Part shown: positions 1 through 8,977 of the stretch, in pieces | How positions within the stretch are numbered: position 1 is the first letter of the stretch | Layout: each line of letters begins with the position of its first letter | Assembly (NCBI GenBank): GCA_026985515.1 | Contig: JALSQH010000118.1 | Span: 1-38,909, forward strand | Direction: 5' to 3' | Origin: a bacterium | Lineage (GTDB): Bacteria > JALSQH01 | DNA length: 38,909 bases | Notes under the pieces: generated by a model | The model's input: only the letters and a program-made list of their open reading frames with translations | The model's database searches: none | Told to the model about the DNA's origin: nothing | Translations under genes and position numbers: made by a program

Positions 1-1379
1 AACTGAATTCTGCACAACAGATCAGAGTTAAAAGGAAGAAAGCCTTAATTCCAGATCTTTTACCTGAGCCTGATGTGGTTGTGATCACCTATCCTGGATT
101 TTTGACCTCTTCCGCTCTGGAAGAATGGATAACTCGAAGGACCGCAGAAGGTCTTAATATCTTGAAAGTTTCAACAGATGAAATATACCACTGGTTCAGT
201 TTCGATAATAAAAGTCCATGGGCTATTGTAGAGTTTCTCAGGTATATGAAAAGAGTCTGGATTAATTTTCCGAAGTATCTTGTTCTCGTTGGAATGTCAA
301 CTTCCGCTCCCAGAAATGACATCATATCGCCTCCAGGTGCACGCTATCTCGAGGGAATGTGGGATCTTGTTCCATCTCCGGAGTACAGATCTGTGAATGA
401 AAATCCTCAATATTCATCTACAATTTACAGATTTTACGATACAGGGAGCGATTTTTACTATGCTGATCCAGACAGTGATGGGGTGATTGATTATATGGTA
501 GGAAGATTGCCTGTTACTGATGAAACGGAATTGAGAAATATCGTGAATAAGATCATAAGGTTCGAAACTGCAAATTCCAGTTACAATGTCATTGTAAATG
601 ATAGGGATAACAATGGATTTGATTTTTCTAACTTTGCTGATGAAATGATTTCATATTTTCCGCCAGGATTTCCAGTTTTCAGGATTGACCTTACAGATCT
701 CTCCATGGAGGAAGCGCACACTGAATTGATAAAAAAATTTTCTGAAGGAGGAAGATATCTAATTTATACGGGACATGGTTTTTTTACCTTCTGGAGTGCA
801 ATCTATGATGAACCTCCCTACTATCTCCTTTCTGTTGAACCCACTCAGGGAAGATATGACCTAAACGAAATGAAACTCTCTCCATCGCCTTTTATCGTTT
901 TTCAGATAACCTGCTTTGCCAACAGTATTTATTATCATTACTATCCCGGTTCGCTTGGGAGAAACCTTGTTATTTCTGATAGGGGAGCCTCCGCTTCCAT
1001 AGGATTCACAGATTATTCTGAATATAACTCACAGAAAGAATTTTCAAAATACCTTGCCTCAAATTTCTTTGACAGGGAAAAACGAAGATTAGGAGACGCT
1101 TTATATTCTGCTTTCCAGTTCTTTTCAAATGACCATCCAGAGATGAGGGAAGTGGACTATACTTTCAGTTTGATTGGGGATCCAACGATGGACCTGTGGG
1201 GATACTCCACTGCTTCTTCAAAAAGTACTTCGATTTCTGTTGAAGAGCCTTCTGGAAGGCTTGCAGTGGAAAGGGAAGAGGAGAGCTCTGAAGGTTGTTC
1301 CAGTATGGGAACTTTTCCGTTGTTTGAACTTATCCTGCTATTGCTGATTCCTCTGTTATGGAAGGTAAAATTGAATTAA
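1..1379 (+). CDS. Peptidase C25 (gingipain-like) family protein, 5'-truncated by the window edge, with a C-terminal hydrophobic anchor or sorting-like tail
   Basis: The frame is open from nt 3 with no stop before the GTG at 75, so the gene begins upstream of the window. It carries C25 catalytic-dyad contexts: LIYTGHGFF (His) and PFIVFQITCFANS (Cys). It ends in SSEGCSSMGTFPLFELILLLLIPLLWKVKLN, which is a Ser/Glu linker with a single Cys, a ~17-aa hydrophobic helix and a basic tail. Confidence 0.75.
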   Translation, partial: LNSAQQIRVKRKKALIPDLLPEPDVVVITYPGFLTSSALEEWITRRTAEGLNILKVSTDEIYHWFSFDNKSPWAIVEFLRYMKRVWINFPKYLVLVGMSTSAPRNDIISPPGARYLEGMWDLVPSPEYRSVNENPQYSSTIYRFYDTGSDFYYADPDSDGVIDYMVGRLPVTDETELRNIVNKIIRFETANSSYNVIVNDRDNNGFDFSNFADEMISYFPPGFPVFRIDLTDLSMEEAHTELIKKFSEGGRYLIYTGHGFFTFWSAIYDEPPYYLLSVEPTQGRYDLNEMKLSPSPFIVFQITCFANSIYYHYYPGSLGRNLVISDRGASASIGFTDYSEYNSQKEFSKYLASNFFDREKRRLGDALYSAFQFFSNDHPEMREVDYTFSLIGDPTMDLWGYSTASSKSTSISVEEPSGRLAVEREEESSEGCSSMGTFPLFELILLLLIPLLWKVKLN

Positions 1380-1663
1380 TCCGTGAATTACTGCAAAAAG
1401 GGAATCCTGTAACTATGAGCGTATCCTCATACAGCATGTGGCCTGCTCTCGCACCGGGTGATTTTATCGTGGTTGGAAATGGAAAGATCAGAAAGGGTGA
1501 TATACTGGTTTTCAAAAGAAAAGATTTTTTTGTGGTTCACAGATTGATCCTGCAAATATTTGGTCTCTATTTACTCAAAGGGGATTCCTCGAGATACCTT
1601 GACATTTTAATCGGGAAAGGCAAAATATTAGGAAAGGTTCTGGTAGTTAAGAAAAAAAGTTGA
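1358..1663 (+). CDS. Archaeal/SipW (SEC11)-type S26 signal-peptidase-like protein, 101 aa, with no predicted transmembrane segment
   Basis: All the boxes of archaeal-type signal peptidase I are present in order: SYSMWPAL (Ser box), PGDFIVV, KGDILVF, VVHRLI (His rather than Lys), LLKGDSSRYLD, and ILGKV. The ATG overlaps the last 22 nt of the C25 gene. There is no hydrophobic N- or C-terminal anchor. Confidence 0.6.
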   Translation: MEGKIELIRELLQKGNPVTMSVSSYSMWPALAPGDFIVVGNGKIRKGDILVFKRKDFFVVHRLILQIFGLYLLKGDSSRYLDILIGKGKILGKVLVVKKKS

Positions 1664-1774
1664 TTGCATATTTTTTCGGCATAAAAAGGGAGGATTGGTT
1701 ACTTTTTAGGCAAAACACTTTTTAAATCCGCAGGTTAAGTTATGAGAAAATGGTATTCCAGTTGTAGTTTTTGA

Positions 1775-2128
<354 letters not shown>

Positions 2129-2151
2129 AACCATAAATGAAGGAGGTTACT

Positions 2152-3564
2152 ATGACACCAAAAGAAGTGATTGAGTTTGCCAAGAAGAATGATGTAAAGA
2201 TGGTTGATTTGAAGTTTCTCGATATTCTGGGAACCTGGCAGCATTTTCTGGTACCAATCAGCGAGTTAAAAGAAGAAAGTTTTGAAGAGGGATTTGGTTT
2301 TGATGGTTCCAGCATCAGGGGTTGGCAGCCCATCCATGCCAGTGACATGCTGGTTGTCCCTGATCCCGATACTGCTATTATCGATCCATTTATTGAGGTT
2401 CCAACATTGAGTCTCATCTGCAACATTGTTGATCCAATTACCAGGGAACCCTATGACAAAGATCCAAGATACATCGCCCAGAAGGCTGAGAATTATCTGA
2501 AGTCCACCGGAATCGGTGATACAGCCTATTTTGGACCGGAAGCGGAGTTCTTTATTTTTGATGATATCAGATATGCATCTGATCCCAACTATGCCTTTTA
2601 TTTCATTGATTCAATTGAAGGAATATGGAATACTGGCAGAGAGGAAAATCCAAACCTTGGTTACAAGATAAGGCACAAAGAAGGTTATTTCCCCGTTATG
2701 CCTTCTGATTCTCTTACTGATCTCAGGAATGAAATGGTGCAGGTTCTGATTTCTCTCGGGATTGATGTGGAGGCTGCTCACCATGAGGTGGCCACTGCTG
2801 GACAGGGTGAGATTGATATGAGATATGACAGTCTTGTGAAGATGGGTGACAAGCTGATGTGGTTCAAATATGTTGTGAGAAATGTTGCCAGGAAGCATGG
2901 AAAAGTTGCTACCTTTATGCCAAAACCACTCTACAATGATAATGGTTGTGGTATGCATACCCACCAGTCTATCTGGAAGGAAGGAAAACCAGTTTTTGCA
3001 GGTGACAAATATGGTGGATTGAGTGAGATTGCAATGTGGTATATTGGTGGTATTATCAAGCATGCAGCAGCCATTGCAGCATTTACAAATCCAACTGTTA
3101 ATTCTTACAGAAGGCTCGTTCCCGGTTTTGAAGCTCCAGTGAATCTTGCATATTCCAGCAGGAATAGAAGTGCAGCAATAAGGATTCCAATGTACAGCCC
3201 GAGCCCAAAGGCCAAGAGAATTGAGGTCAGATTCCCTGATCCAACTGCCAATGGATATCTTGCCTTCACAGCAATGCTTATGGCTGGACTTGATGGAATT
3301 ATGAACAAAATTGATCCTGGCGAACCTCTGGATAAGGATATTTACTCACTCTCACCTGAAGAATTGAAGGGAGTGCCTCAGATGCCAGCTTCCCTTGAAG
3401 AGGCTCTCGATGCTCTCGAGAAAGATCACGAATTTCTCCTCAAGGGAGATGTTTTCACAGAAGAGGTTATTCAGACCTGGATTGAGTACAAGAGGGAAAA
3501 GGAGATCGCTCCTCTCAGACAGAGGCCAAATCCATACGAGTTCTTCCTTTACTTCGATGCGTAA
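2152..3564 (+). CDS. glnA: Glutamine synthetase, type I
   Basis: GSI-like along its full length ([57 protein letters not shown]). I prefer the ATG at 2152, which follows GAAGGAGG with a 6-nt spacer. The ORF-track start at 2137 lies inside that Shine-Dalgarno sequence. Confidence 0.95.
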   Translation: MTPKEVIEFAKKNDVKMVDLKFLDILGTWQHFLVPISELKEESFEEGFGFDGSSIRGWQPIHASDMLVVPDPDTAIIDPFIEVPTLSLICNIVDPITREPYDKDPRYIAQKAENYLKSTGIGDTAYFGPEAEFFIFDDIRYASDPNYAFYFIDSIEGIWNTGREENPNLGYKIRHKEGYFPVMPSDSLTDLRNEMVQVLISLGIDVEAAHHEVATAGQGEIDMRYDSLVKMGDKLMWFKYVVRNVARKHGKVATFMPKPLYNDNGCGMHTHQSIWKEGKPVFAGDKYGGLSEIAMWYIGGIIKHAAAIAAFTNPTVNSYRRLVPGFEAPVNLAYSSRNRSAAIRIPMYSPSPKAKRIEVRFPDPTANGYLAFTAMLMAGLDGIMNKIDPGEPLDKDIYSLSPEELKGVPQMPASLEEALDALEKDHEFLLKGDVFTEEVIQTWIEYKREKEIAPLRQRPNPYEFFLYFDA

Positions 3565-3565
3565 T

Positions 3566-3602
3566 CAAAGAGGAGGCGAACGCCTCCTCTTTGATTTTTT
3601 TT
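3566..3602 (+). terminator. Rho-independent terminator of glnBA
   Basis: CAAAGAGGAGGCG-AA-CGCCTCCTCTTTG are perfectly complementary 13-nt arms. They are followed by A plus eight T. The hairpin starts 2 nt after the glnA stop. The convergent methyltransferase gene's stop codon (3602-3604) overlaps the last T of the tract. Confidence 0.85.
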
Positions 3603-4261
3603 CAGATGCTTTTTTGCATTACAATGACAGAGAATCCGGCTTCCTCATCAGCTCTGAAAACATATTTTTCCTCAGGGGAAGGAGTTTCAGAAGGTTTCTG
3701 ATACAGGGTACTTACAGCATTAGAAAATCTCAATCCCACTTTTTCTCCCATTTCAATTACTTCTCTTACAGTGAACAATCTTGCCTTGCTGTAAAAGATG
3801 TGGCCCTCAAGCCCCTTTTTTATGTATAGCTTACCCCATTCACTTTCGGCAGGTACTATTCCAGTTATCAGGTAACCACCCTTTTTTAAAATTCTTGATG
3901 ATTCAAGGAAACTTTTTACTGGATCATCGACAAAACATATTGTTACAACCATTAAAACGAGATCAAAGGAACTGTCCTCAAATGGTAGATACTCTGCATA
4001 ACCCTGAACAGTTTTTATTCCACGTCTTTCAGCTATTGTTAGAGGCATGTGGGCGGGGTCAATCCCAAGTTTGATACATAGCCTGCTTGCGAAGTAGCCG
4101 GTACCAACTCCTACTTCTATGGCTCTTTTAAAGCTGAGATCTTTGAGAGCTTTCTTCAGTGCCTTTAGTTCAATTGGTGCCAGAACCTTTCCCTCCCCCT
4201 GAAAATACCACCTGTCGTACCTTTCAGCATATTTTTCAAATATATCTTTTGAATCTGGCAT
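3602..4261 (-). CDS. Class I SAM-dependent methyltransferase (Methyltransf_11-like)
   Basis: SAM-binding motif I is AIEVGVGTGYF. An acidic loop and the post-I/II motifs (LPFEDSSFDLVLM, LKKGGYL) are present. Confidence 0.8.
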   Translation of the reverse strand: MPDSKDIFEKYAERYDRWYFQGEGKVLAPIELKALKKALKDLSFKRAIEVGVGTGYFASRLCIKLGIDPAHMPLTIAERRGIKTVQGYAEYLPFEDSSFDLVLMVVTICFVDDPVKSFLESSRILKKGGYLITGIVPAESEWGKLYIKKGLEGHIFYSKARLFTVREVIEMGEKVGLRFSNAVSTLYQKPSETPSPEEKYVFRADEEAGFSVIVMQKSI

Positions 4262-4383
4262 AACATAAATTTTAACATCATGAGTTTTACTATCAAGCCA
4301 GAGTGCACTTTTGGTGACTTATGATTAAATCTTTTAACGAGAGATTTTGGAAAAATTGTGTAAAAAGTTTTTTTAAATTTTTC

Positions 4384-4411
4384 TTGAAAGAAAAGAATGA
4401 TATCGTATAAT
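4384..4411 (+). promoter_or_regulatory. Sigma-70-type promoter for the 4438 ORF and possibly mgtE
   Basis: TTGAAA (4384-4389), a 16-nt spacer, then TATAAT (4406-4411). An AAAGGAGGG Shine-Dalgarno sequence precedes the ATG at 4438. Confidence 0.55.
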
Positions 4412-4437
4412 TGAGGAAAATTTGAAAGGAGGGAATT

Positions 4438-4929
4438 ATGAAGAGGAGAGTGAAGAGAAAGGTTTATGAAATTAAATATCCTGCTTCAAGGGAGTTGTTT
4501 CTTTTTGCAAGAAAAGTGGTGCTCTATGAGTTGAAGAAAGAGGAAAATCTGAAAGATGAGGAGATATCTGAGGAGTTTATAAAGGACATCGAAATAGGGC
4601 GATTAATTGATTATGATTACAAATACACTCATCAGTGGAAGTTTGGGAAGAAAAAGGTCCATGATATCGGGGAGTTAATGAGGCTTGCTACAAATCTGGG
4701 AGTAACTCTTGATCTTGTGGCAAATGTTGCAACCGGTAAAATTAATTCGGAAGAAGCCTTTCAGCTGTTTTTAAAAGAAACTGAAGGTAAATATAAACTT
4801 CATGAGATATCTTCCTATGGCAAAAATGGAAAAGTGGAAGTAAAACTTTATTTTAAAGAGAGTAACAAAGAAACAACAAAGTGTATTGAAGAAGTTGAGA
4901 AAGTTTTAAAAAAATGTGACCTTCTGTAG
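4438..4929 (+). CDS. Hypothetical protein, Lys/Glu-rich, no family recognised
   Basis: A 163-aa ORF with a strong Shine-Dalgarno sequence and a consensus-like promoter. I recognise no motif. A possible helix-turn-helix-like stretch is VHDIGELMRLATNLGVTLDLV. Confidence 0.55.
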   Translation: MKRRVKRKVYEIKYPASRELFLFARKVVLYELKKEENLKDEEISEEFIKDIEIGRLIDYDYKYTHQWKFGKKKVHDIGELMRLATNLGVTLDLVANVATGKINSEEAFQLFLKETEGKYKLHEISSYGKNGKVEVKLYFKESNKETTKCIEEVEKVLKKCDLL

Positions 4930-4939
4930 TTAAGGGTGA

Positions 4940-6349
4940 TTGGGGAAAAATGTGAAGGTTGAAAAAAAACAGGACCGTCCAAGCGCAAAAATTGAAATTA
5001 TAAGAAGAAATTTACGTAAGATCCTCAAGAAGAGGGAGGAGTTTCTGTTAAGGAGATTTCTCAGCAGACTCCATCCTGGAGAGATTGCTGATGCAATTGA
5101 GGATTTTTCTGTTGATGAAATGGTTGAAATATTGATGGCACTTGAAGATCCAAAGAAAATGGCAAAAGTTCTCACTTACATGAACGAGGATGTGGCTGCC
5201 GATATTGTGGAAAAGCTTCCAGGTGATATTGTGAAAAAGATTTTCACTTATCTGCCAAGTGATGAAATTATTTTCATAATGGACGAGATTGAAGAGCCGG
5301 GAGAAAAAGAGGAAATTGAAGATATTGTTGATGAACTTCCTCAGGAGAAGAAAAGGAAAATTACCAGTCTCAGGCTCTTTCCCGAAGATTCAGCAGGTAG
5401 ATTGATGGTACCCACCTTCTATTCTGTGCATCCAGAAGAGAAGATAGGTGATGTATTGAAAGAGATAAAAGGACTTGAAGATGTTGAAACACTTCCTTAT
5501 GTCTATGTTGTTGACAGTGAAAACAGACTTCTTGGTGTTGCTTCGATTAAACAGCTTGTAAGTTCTGATCCAGATCAGCCGGTAGGTGAAATCATGAATA
5601 CCCAGCTAATCACAGTTGATCCATACATGGATCAGGAAGAGGTTGCCAGGCTCTTTGCCAGATATAATCTCGTTCAGCTACCCGTTGTGGACAATAGCGG
5701 TCGGATTCTTGGAATCATAACCATTGACGATGTGGTGGATGTTATCAGGGAAGAGGCTGAAGAGGATCTTTTGAAGATGGCCGGTGCAGGAGAAAGTCTC
5801 ATAGAAAGCCTCGATGTCAGAAAAAATGTTGCCAGAAGATTGCCCTGGCTTTTTGGGAGCTGGGTGGGGGGGATAGTTGAAATAGAGGTGCTTCATTACT
5901 ATGAGCCAACTATCAGTAAGCTTGCAATACTTGCGTCGTTTATGCCAATAATACTGGGTATGGGTGGTAATATTGGACAGCAATCTGCGGCCATTGTTAT
6001 TGCTGGACTTGCGTCGGGAAGAGTAAAGTTGAAAGATTCCTTTGAATTGTTAAAGAAACAGGTAATTACAGGTTTTGTTCTTGGAGCAATCTATGGAATA
6101 CTTGTTGGATTGATAGCAGCTTTTCGCAGTACCCAGATTCCGGTTTTTACACTGGTTGTGGTTTTGTCCATGACAGCTGAAATGACCATAGCTTCCTTTG
6201 TGGGGACATTTTTACCGCTTTTTTTTGCTTTCATAAAAGTTGACCCTGCTGTTGCCACTGGTCCATTTATAAGCACGACAATGGATATAATCGGTATTTT
6301 TACCTATTTCACAACTTCTATTTTTCTTCTGAAAGGCTACCTCGCCTGA
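4940..6349 (+). CDS. mgtE: Magnesium transporter MgtE
   Basis: An MgtE N-domain (LHPGEIADAIEDF...DVAADIVEKL), a CBS pair (RLLGVASIKQLV, RILGIITIDDVVDVI) and an MgtE transmembrane domain (MPIILGMGGNIGQQSAAI, PAVATGPFISTTMDIIG). The start codon is uncertain: TTG at 4940 or GTG at 4952. Confidence 0.9.
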   Translation: MGKNVKVEKKQDRPSAKIEIIRRNLRKILKKREEFLLRRFLSRLHPGEIADAIEDFSVDEMVEILMALEDPKKMAKVLTYMNEDVAADIVEKLPGDIVKKIFTYLPSDEIIFIMDEIEEPGEKEEIEDIVDELPQEKKRKITSLRLFPEDSAGRLMVPTFYSVHPEEKIGDVLKEIKGLEDVETLPYVYVVDSENRLLGVASIKQLVSSDPDQPVGEIMNTQLITVDPYMDQEEVARLFARYNLVQLPVVDNSGRILGIITIDDVVDVIREEAEEDLLKMAGAGESLIESLDVRKNVARRLPWLFGSWVGGIVEIEVLHYYEPTISKLAILASFMPIILGMGGNIGQQSAAIVIAGLASGRVKLKDSFELLKKQVITGFVLGAIYGILVGLIAAFRSTQIPVFTLVVVLSMTAEMTIASFVGTFLPLFFAFIKVDPAVATGPFISTTMDIIGIFTYFTTSIFLLKGYLA

Positions 6350-6366
6350 AGTTAAATCTTCCTGAT

Positions 6367-6395
6367 TTGACTGTAAAAGGGGATTTTATTAGAAT
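6367..6395 (+). promoter_or_regulatory. Candidate sigma-70 promoter ahead of the first PATAN/DUF4388 gene
   Basis: TTGACT (6367-6372), a 17-nt spacer, then TAGAAT (6390-6395). The TTG that the ORF track uses as a start codon is the -35 hexamer itself. The leader to the ATG at 6412 would be very short, so this call is tentative. Confidence 0.35.
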
Positions 6396-6411
6396 AATTG
6401 TGAGGTGTGCG

Positions 6412-7677
6412 ATGGAAAAAAGCGAGTATTTTATCCTTAAAATTCCCAGATCACTTCTGCCAAAAACTTTTCATCCTGAGAAAGATAGATTTTCTCTAAT
6501 ATTCAGCGGTGCAGAATTGCTGATTTTGAAGAAAAAAACTCCTGCTACCAGAGAAGAGCCAGTTTATCTCACCCTCTGGGGTGATATGAGGAGTTTTCAT
6601 GTTGAGGATCTGCTTGATGTTCTTCACATATACATGAAGACAGGAATTCTCAATTTTGACCTTGAAAATGATGTTCAAAAAACGCTTTATTTCCGTAATG
6701 GTGAGCTGATTTTTGCGCAGTCTTCCATTAAAGATGATAGACTTGGTGAAACACTTTTGAAAGAAGGAAAGATTACAAAGGAGCAGTTTGAAGAGGCGAG
6801 CAAAGAGGTTGCACCGGGAAGACATTTTGGTTCTATACTGGTGGAAAAGGGTTTCATAAAACCTTCTGATCTTGATCTTGGAATAAAAACCCAGGTTGAG
6901 AATATTGTTATTTCCCTTTTCAAATACAGAAATGGAAGATTCTATTTTCTGGAGGGAGAGAATGTTCTTGAAGGAATACAGAAAATTGATCTGGACATTG
7001 AAGCCCTGATAATAAGAGGGTTGAAGACTACTCCACCATTTGCAGAGGTGGCTGATGAGACTAACCTTGGGTATATGGTAGTTAGTGTGCTTGAGTATAA
7101 TCCGGATACGGTTCTCCTTAATCCACTTGAAAAGAAGATTATGGGTTATATTGAGGAAGAAGGTGGGGAGGTTTCGCTTCTCTCCATGAAGAGAGCTCTT
7201 CAGCTTCGTGATGTAACACTTTTTATCAATCTGAATAGACTTGCGCGCAAAAAGATAATCATGATTCAAAAATCACTTGCCAGGACTGTGATCGAAGTTG
7301 AATCAGAGGTTATGGATATAATTGAGAATAATTTTGGGCTGCTGAACAAACTGACGATACAGATTTATAATTTTGCCAGAGAAAGAGGACTTGGTGAAAA
7401 CTTCCGTGCATTTATAAATGAGTCGCTTGGTGGAGTTATGAATGATCTTGGGAGGATTTTTGATCGGGTTCAACTTTACCGGGATGGTACACTCAATGTT
7501 GATAAGTTAATTGAAAACTTAAGCACCATTCCACTTAAAGAGAGGAAGGAGATTTCGGATAGAGGGATTAACTGGTTTCTCAGTAAGGTACTTGAATGGG
7601 GAAGAAAGAACCTGAATCAGGAAGATCTTTCAAAAATAGAGAAAGCGGTAGAAAAATATAAAGAACATGCCAAATAA
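6412..7677 (+). CDS. PATAN/DUF4388 domain protein with an AbrB/MazE-like N-terminal domain (paralog 1)
   Basis: DUF4388 signature: LEDLLDVLHIYMKTGILNF...LYFRNGELIFAQS..DRLGETLLKEGKITKEQFEEA......FGSILVEKGFIKPSDL...QVENIVISLF....GRFYFLEGE. The N-terminus YFILKIPRSLLPK...LLILKKK resembles a swapped-hairpin AbrB fold. I prefer the ATG at 6412, which follows GAGGTG. Confidence 0.7.
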   Translation: MEKSEYFILKIPRSLLPKTFHPEKDRFSLIFSGAELLILKKKTPATREEPVYLTLWGDMRSFHVEDLLDVLHIYMKTGILNFDLENDVQKTLYFRNGELIFAQSSIKDDRLGETLLKEGKITKEQFEEASKEVAPGRHFGSILVEKGFIKPSDLDLGIKTQVENIVISLFKYRNGRFYFLEGENVLEGIQKIDLDIEALIIRGLKTTPPFAEVADETNLGYMVVSVLEYNPDTVLLNPLEKKIMGYIEEEGGEVSLLSMKRALQLRDVTLFINLNRLARKKIIMIQKSLARTVIEVESEVMDIIENNFGLLNKLTIQIYNFARERGLGENFRAFINESLGGVMNDLGRIFDRVQLYRDGTLNVDKLIENLSTIPLKERKEISDRGINWFLSKVLEWGRKNLNQEDLSKIEKAVEKYKEHAK

Positions 7678-8974
7678 CAAAATACTTCTTGAACTTGGTC
7701 CTAAAGGAGAGCTGAAATTCCCTGCACAGATCGTTGAGAAATACAGATTAAAGCAGGGAATGAAAGTATATCTTGACATACTGACCTCCTCTATTGCGCT
7801 TCTTGAACGAGAAGAGGCACTTTCTTTGCCTTTGAAAAACAGTAATTTTTCCATTTCTTTTATTGGAAAGATTTCTTCATTTGGAGTCGCAGATATCTTT
7901 TCTGTTATAAATATGGGTCAGAAAACGGGGGTTTTAATCTTCGAGTATCATGATCTGAAAAAAAATATTTACTTTCGTAATGGAGAGATTATCTATGCCC
8001 AGAGCACAGACCCGGAAGACAGGCTTGGTAACATCCTGTTTAAAGTTGGAAAAATAAGCAAAGAGCAACTTCGTGAAGCGGAAAGGGAAATGGTTGCAGG
8101 TAAGAGGTTTGGCACCATTCTTCTTGAGAAAGGATACATTACGGAAAAGGATCTCTGGGCAGGCATAAAATATCAGATTGAGGAAATTGTTTACAGTGTA
8201 TTTACTTTGCAGGAAGGGGTTTATTATTTCATTGAAGGGGAACTTGTATACAGGGATCTGGGGAGGTTCTCTCTGAATACTCAGAATATCCTTATGGAAG
8301 GTTTCAGAAGACTTGATGAGATGAATCTCATAAGGGAGAAAATCCCTTCACAGAATGTTGTTTTCAGAAAACTTAAAGATCAACCCAAGGCACCTCTTCC
8401 ACCCTCTCTTCAAAAATTGTGGTCATTGATTGATGGTAAGAGAACTCTTGCTGAATTGATCAGATTATCTGGCCTGGGGGAATTCAATGCTTACAAAGCT
8501 GTTTATGAGTTACTCAGGTCGGGGCTCATTGAAGTTGTGGAGGATGTTGAGGAAGAGCAGGATCTTCTCTCCAGGGTTGCAAGGGAGTACAATGAACTTG
8601 TGAAGATGATCATGGCTGAGATCAAAAAGAATCAGCCCAGGGCTGATGTTGTTAAACTTTTCAATACCTTTTTACAGAGGGCTCCAGAAAAGTTAAGACC
8701 CCTTTATAAGGGGGTTAGTTTTCATCCCTCCGGAAGACTTGATATTGGTGCATATATCAGGAATATAAAAAACAGTATATCTCAGGATAATTTCCTTGCC
8801 CAGATATCAGGGATGGAAGACCTGCTTTTAAAACAGAAACTAACTGAGGGTTTAAATGAATTGATAAATTTCGGACTTATTCTTGCCAAGAAGTATCTCC
8901 CCAAAGAGAAGGCGGATGAAATTATTGTAAAGGTGAGACAGTTACAGAAAAAAATTCAGAAAAAGCTTGAGTAG
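7667..8974 (+). CDS. PATAN/DUF4388 domain protein with an AbrB/MazE-like N-terminal domain (paralog 2)
   Basis: The N-terminus LELGPKGELKFPAQIVEKYRLKQGMKVYLDI..IALLERE closely matches the SpoVT/AbrB pattern. It is followed by a DUF4388 core (VADIFSVINMGQKTGVLIF...IYFRNGEIIYAQS..DRLGNILFKVGKISKEQL) and a winged-helix-like C-terminal part (LIDGKRTLAELIRLSGL..FNAYKAVYELLRSGLIEV). By eye it is about 35-40% identical to paralog 1 across the core. It overlaps paralog 1 by 11 nt. Confidence 0.7.
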   Translation: MPNNKILLELGPKGELKFPAQIVEKYRLKQGMKVYLDILTSSIALLEREEALSLPLKNSNFSISFIGKISSFGVADIFSVINMGQKTGVLIFEYHDLKKNIYFRNGEIIYAQSTDPEDRLGNILFKVGKISKEQLREAEREMVAGKRFGTILLEKGYITEKDLWAGIKYQIEEIVYSVFTLQEGVYYFIEGELVYRDLGRFSLNTQNILMEGFRRLDEMNLIREKIPSQNVVFRKLKDQPKAPLPPSLQKLWSLIDGKRTLAELIRLSGLGEFNAYKAVYELLRSGLIEVVEDVEEEQDLLSRVAREYNELVKMIMAEIKKNQPRADVVKLFNTFLQRAPEKLRPLYKGVSFHPSGRLDIGAYIRNIKNSISQDNFLAQISGMEDLLLKQKLTEGLNELINFGLILAKKYLPKEKADEIIVKVRQLQKKIQKKLE

Positions 8975-8977
8975 AAA

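Noticed and set aside
6496-7269. A 257-aa ORF antisense to the first PATAN/DUF4388 gene.
   Set aside because: The translation is low-complexity and rich in K/N/F/I/L, as expected from reading an AT-rich gene backwards. It has no Shine-Dalgarno sequence and no recognisable motif. The sense strand carries a clear DUF4388 signature.
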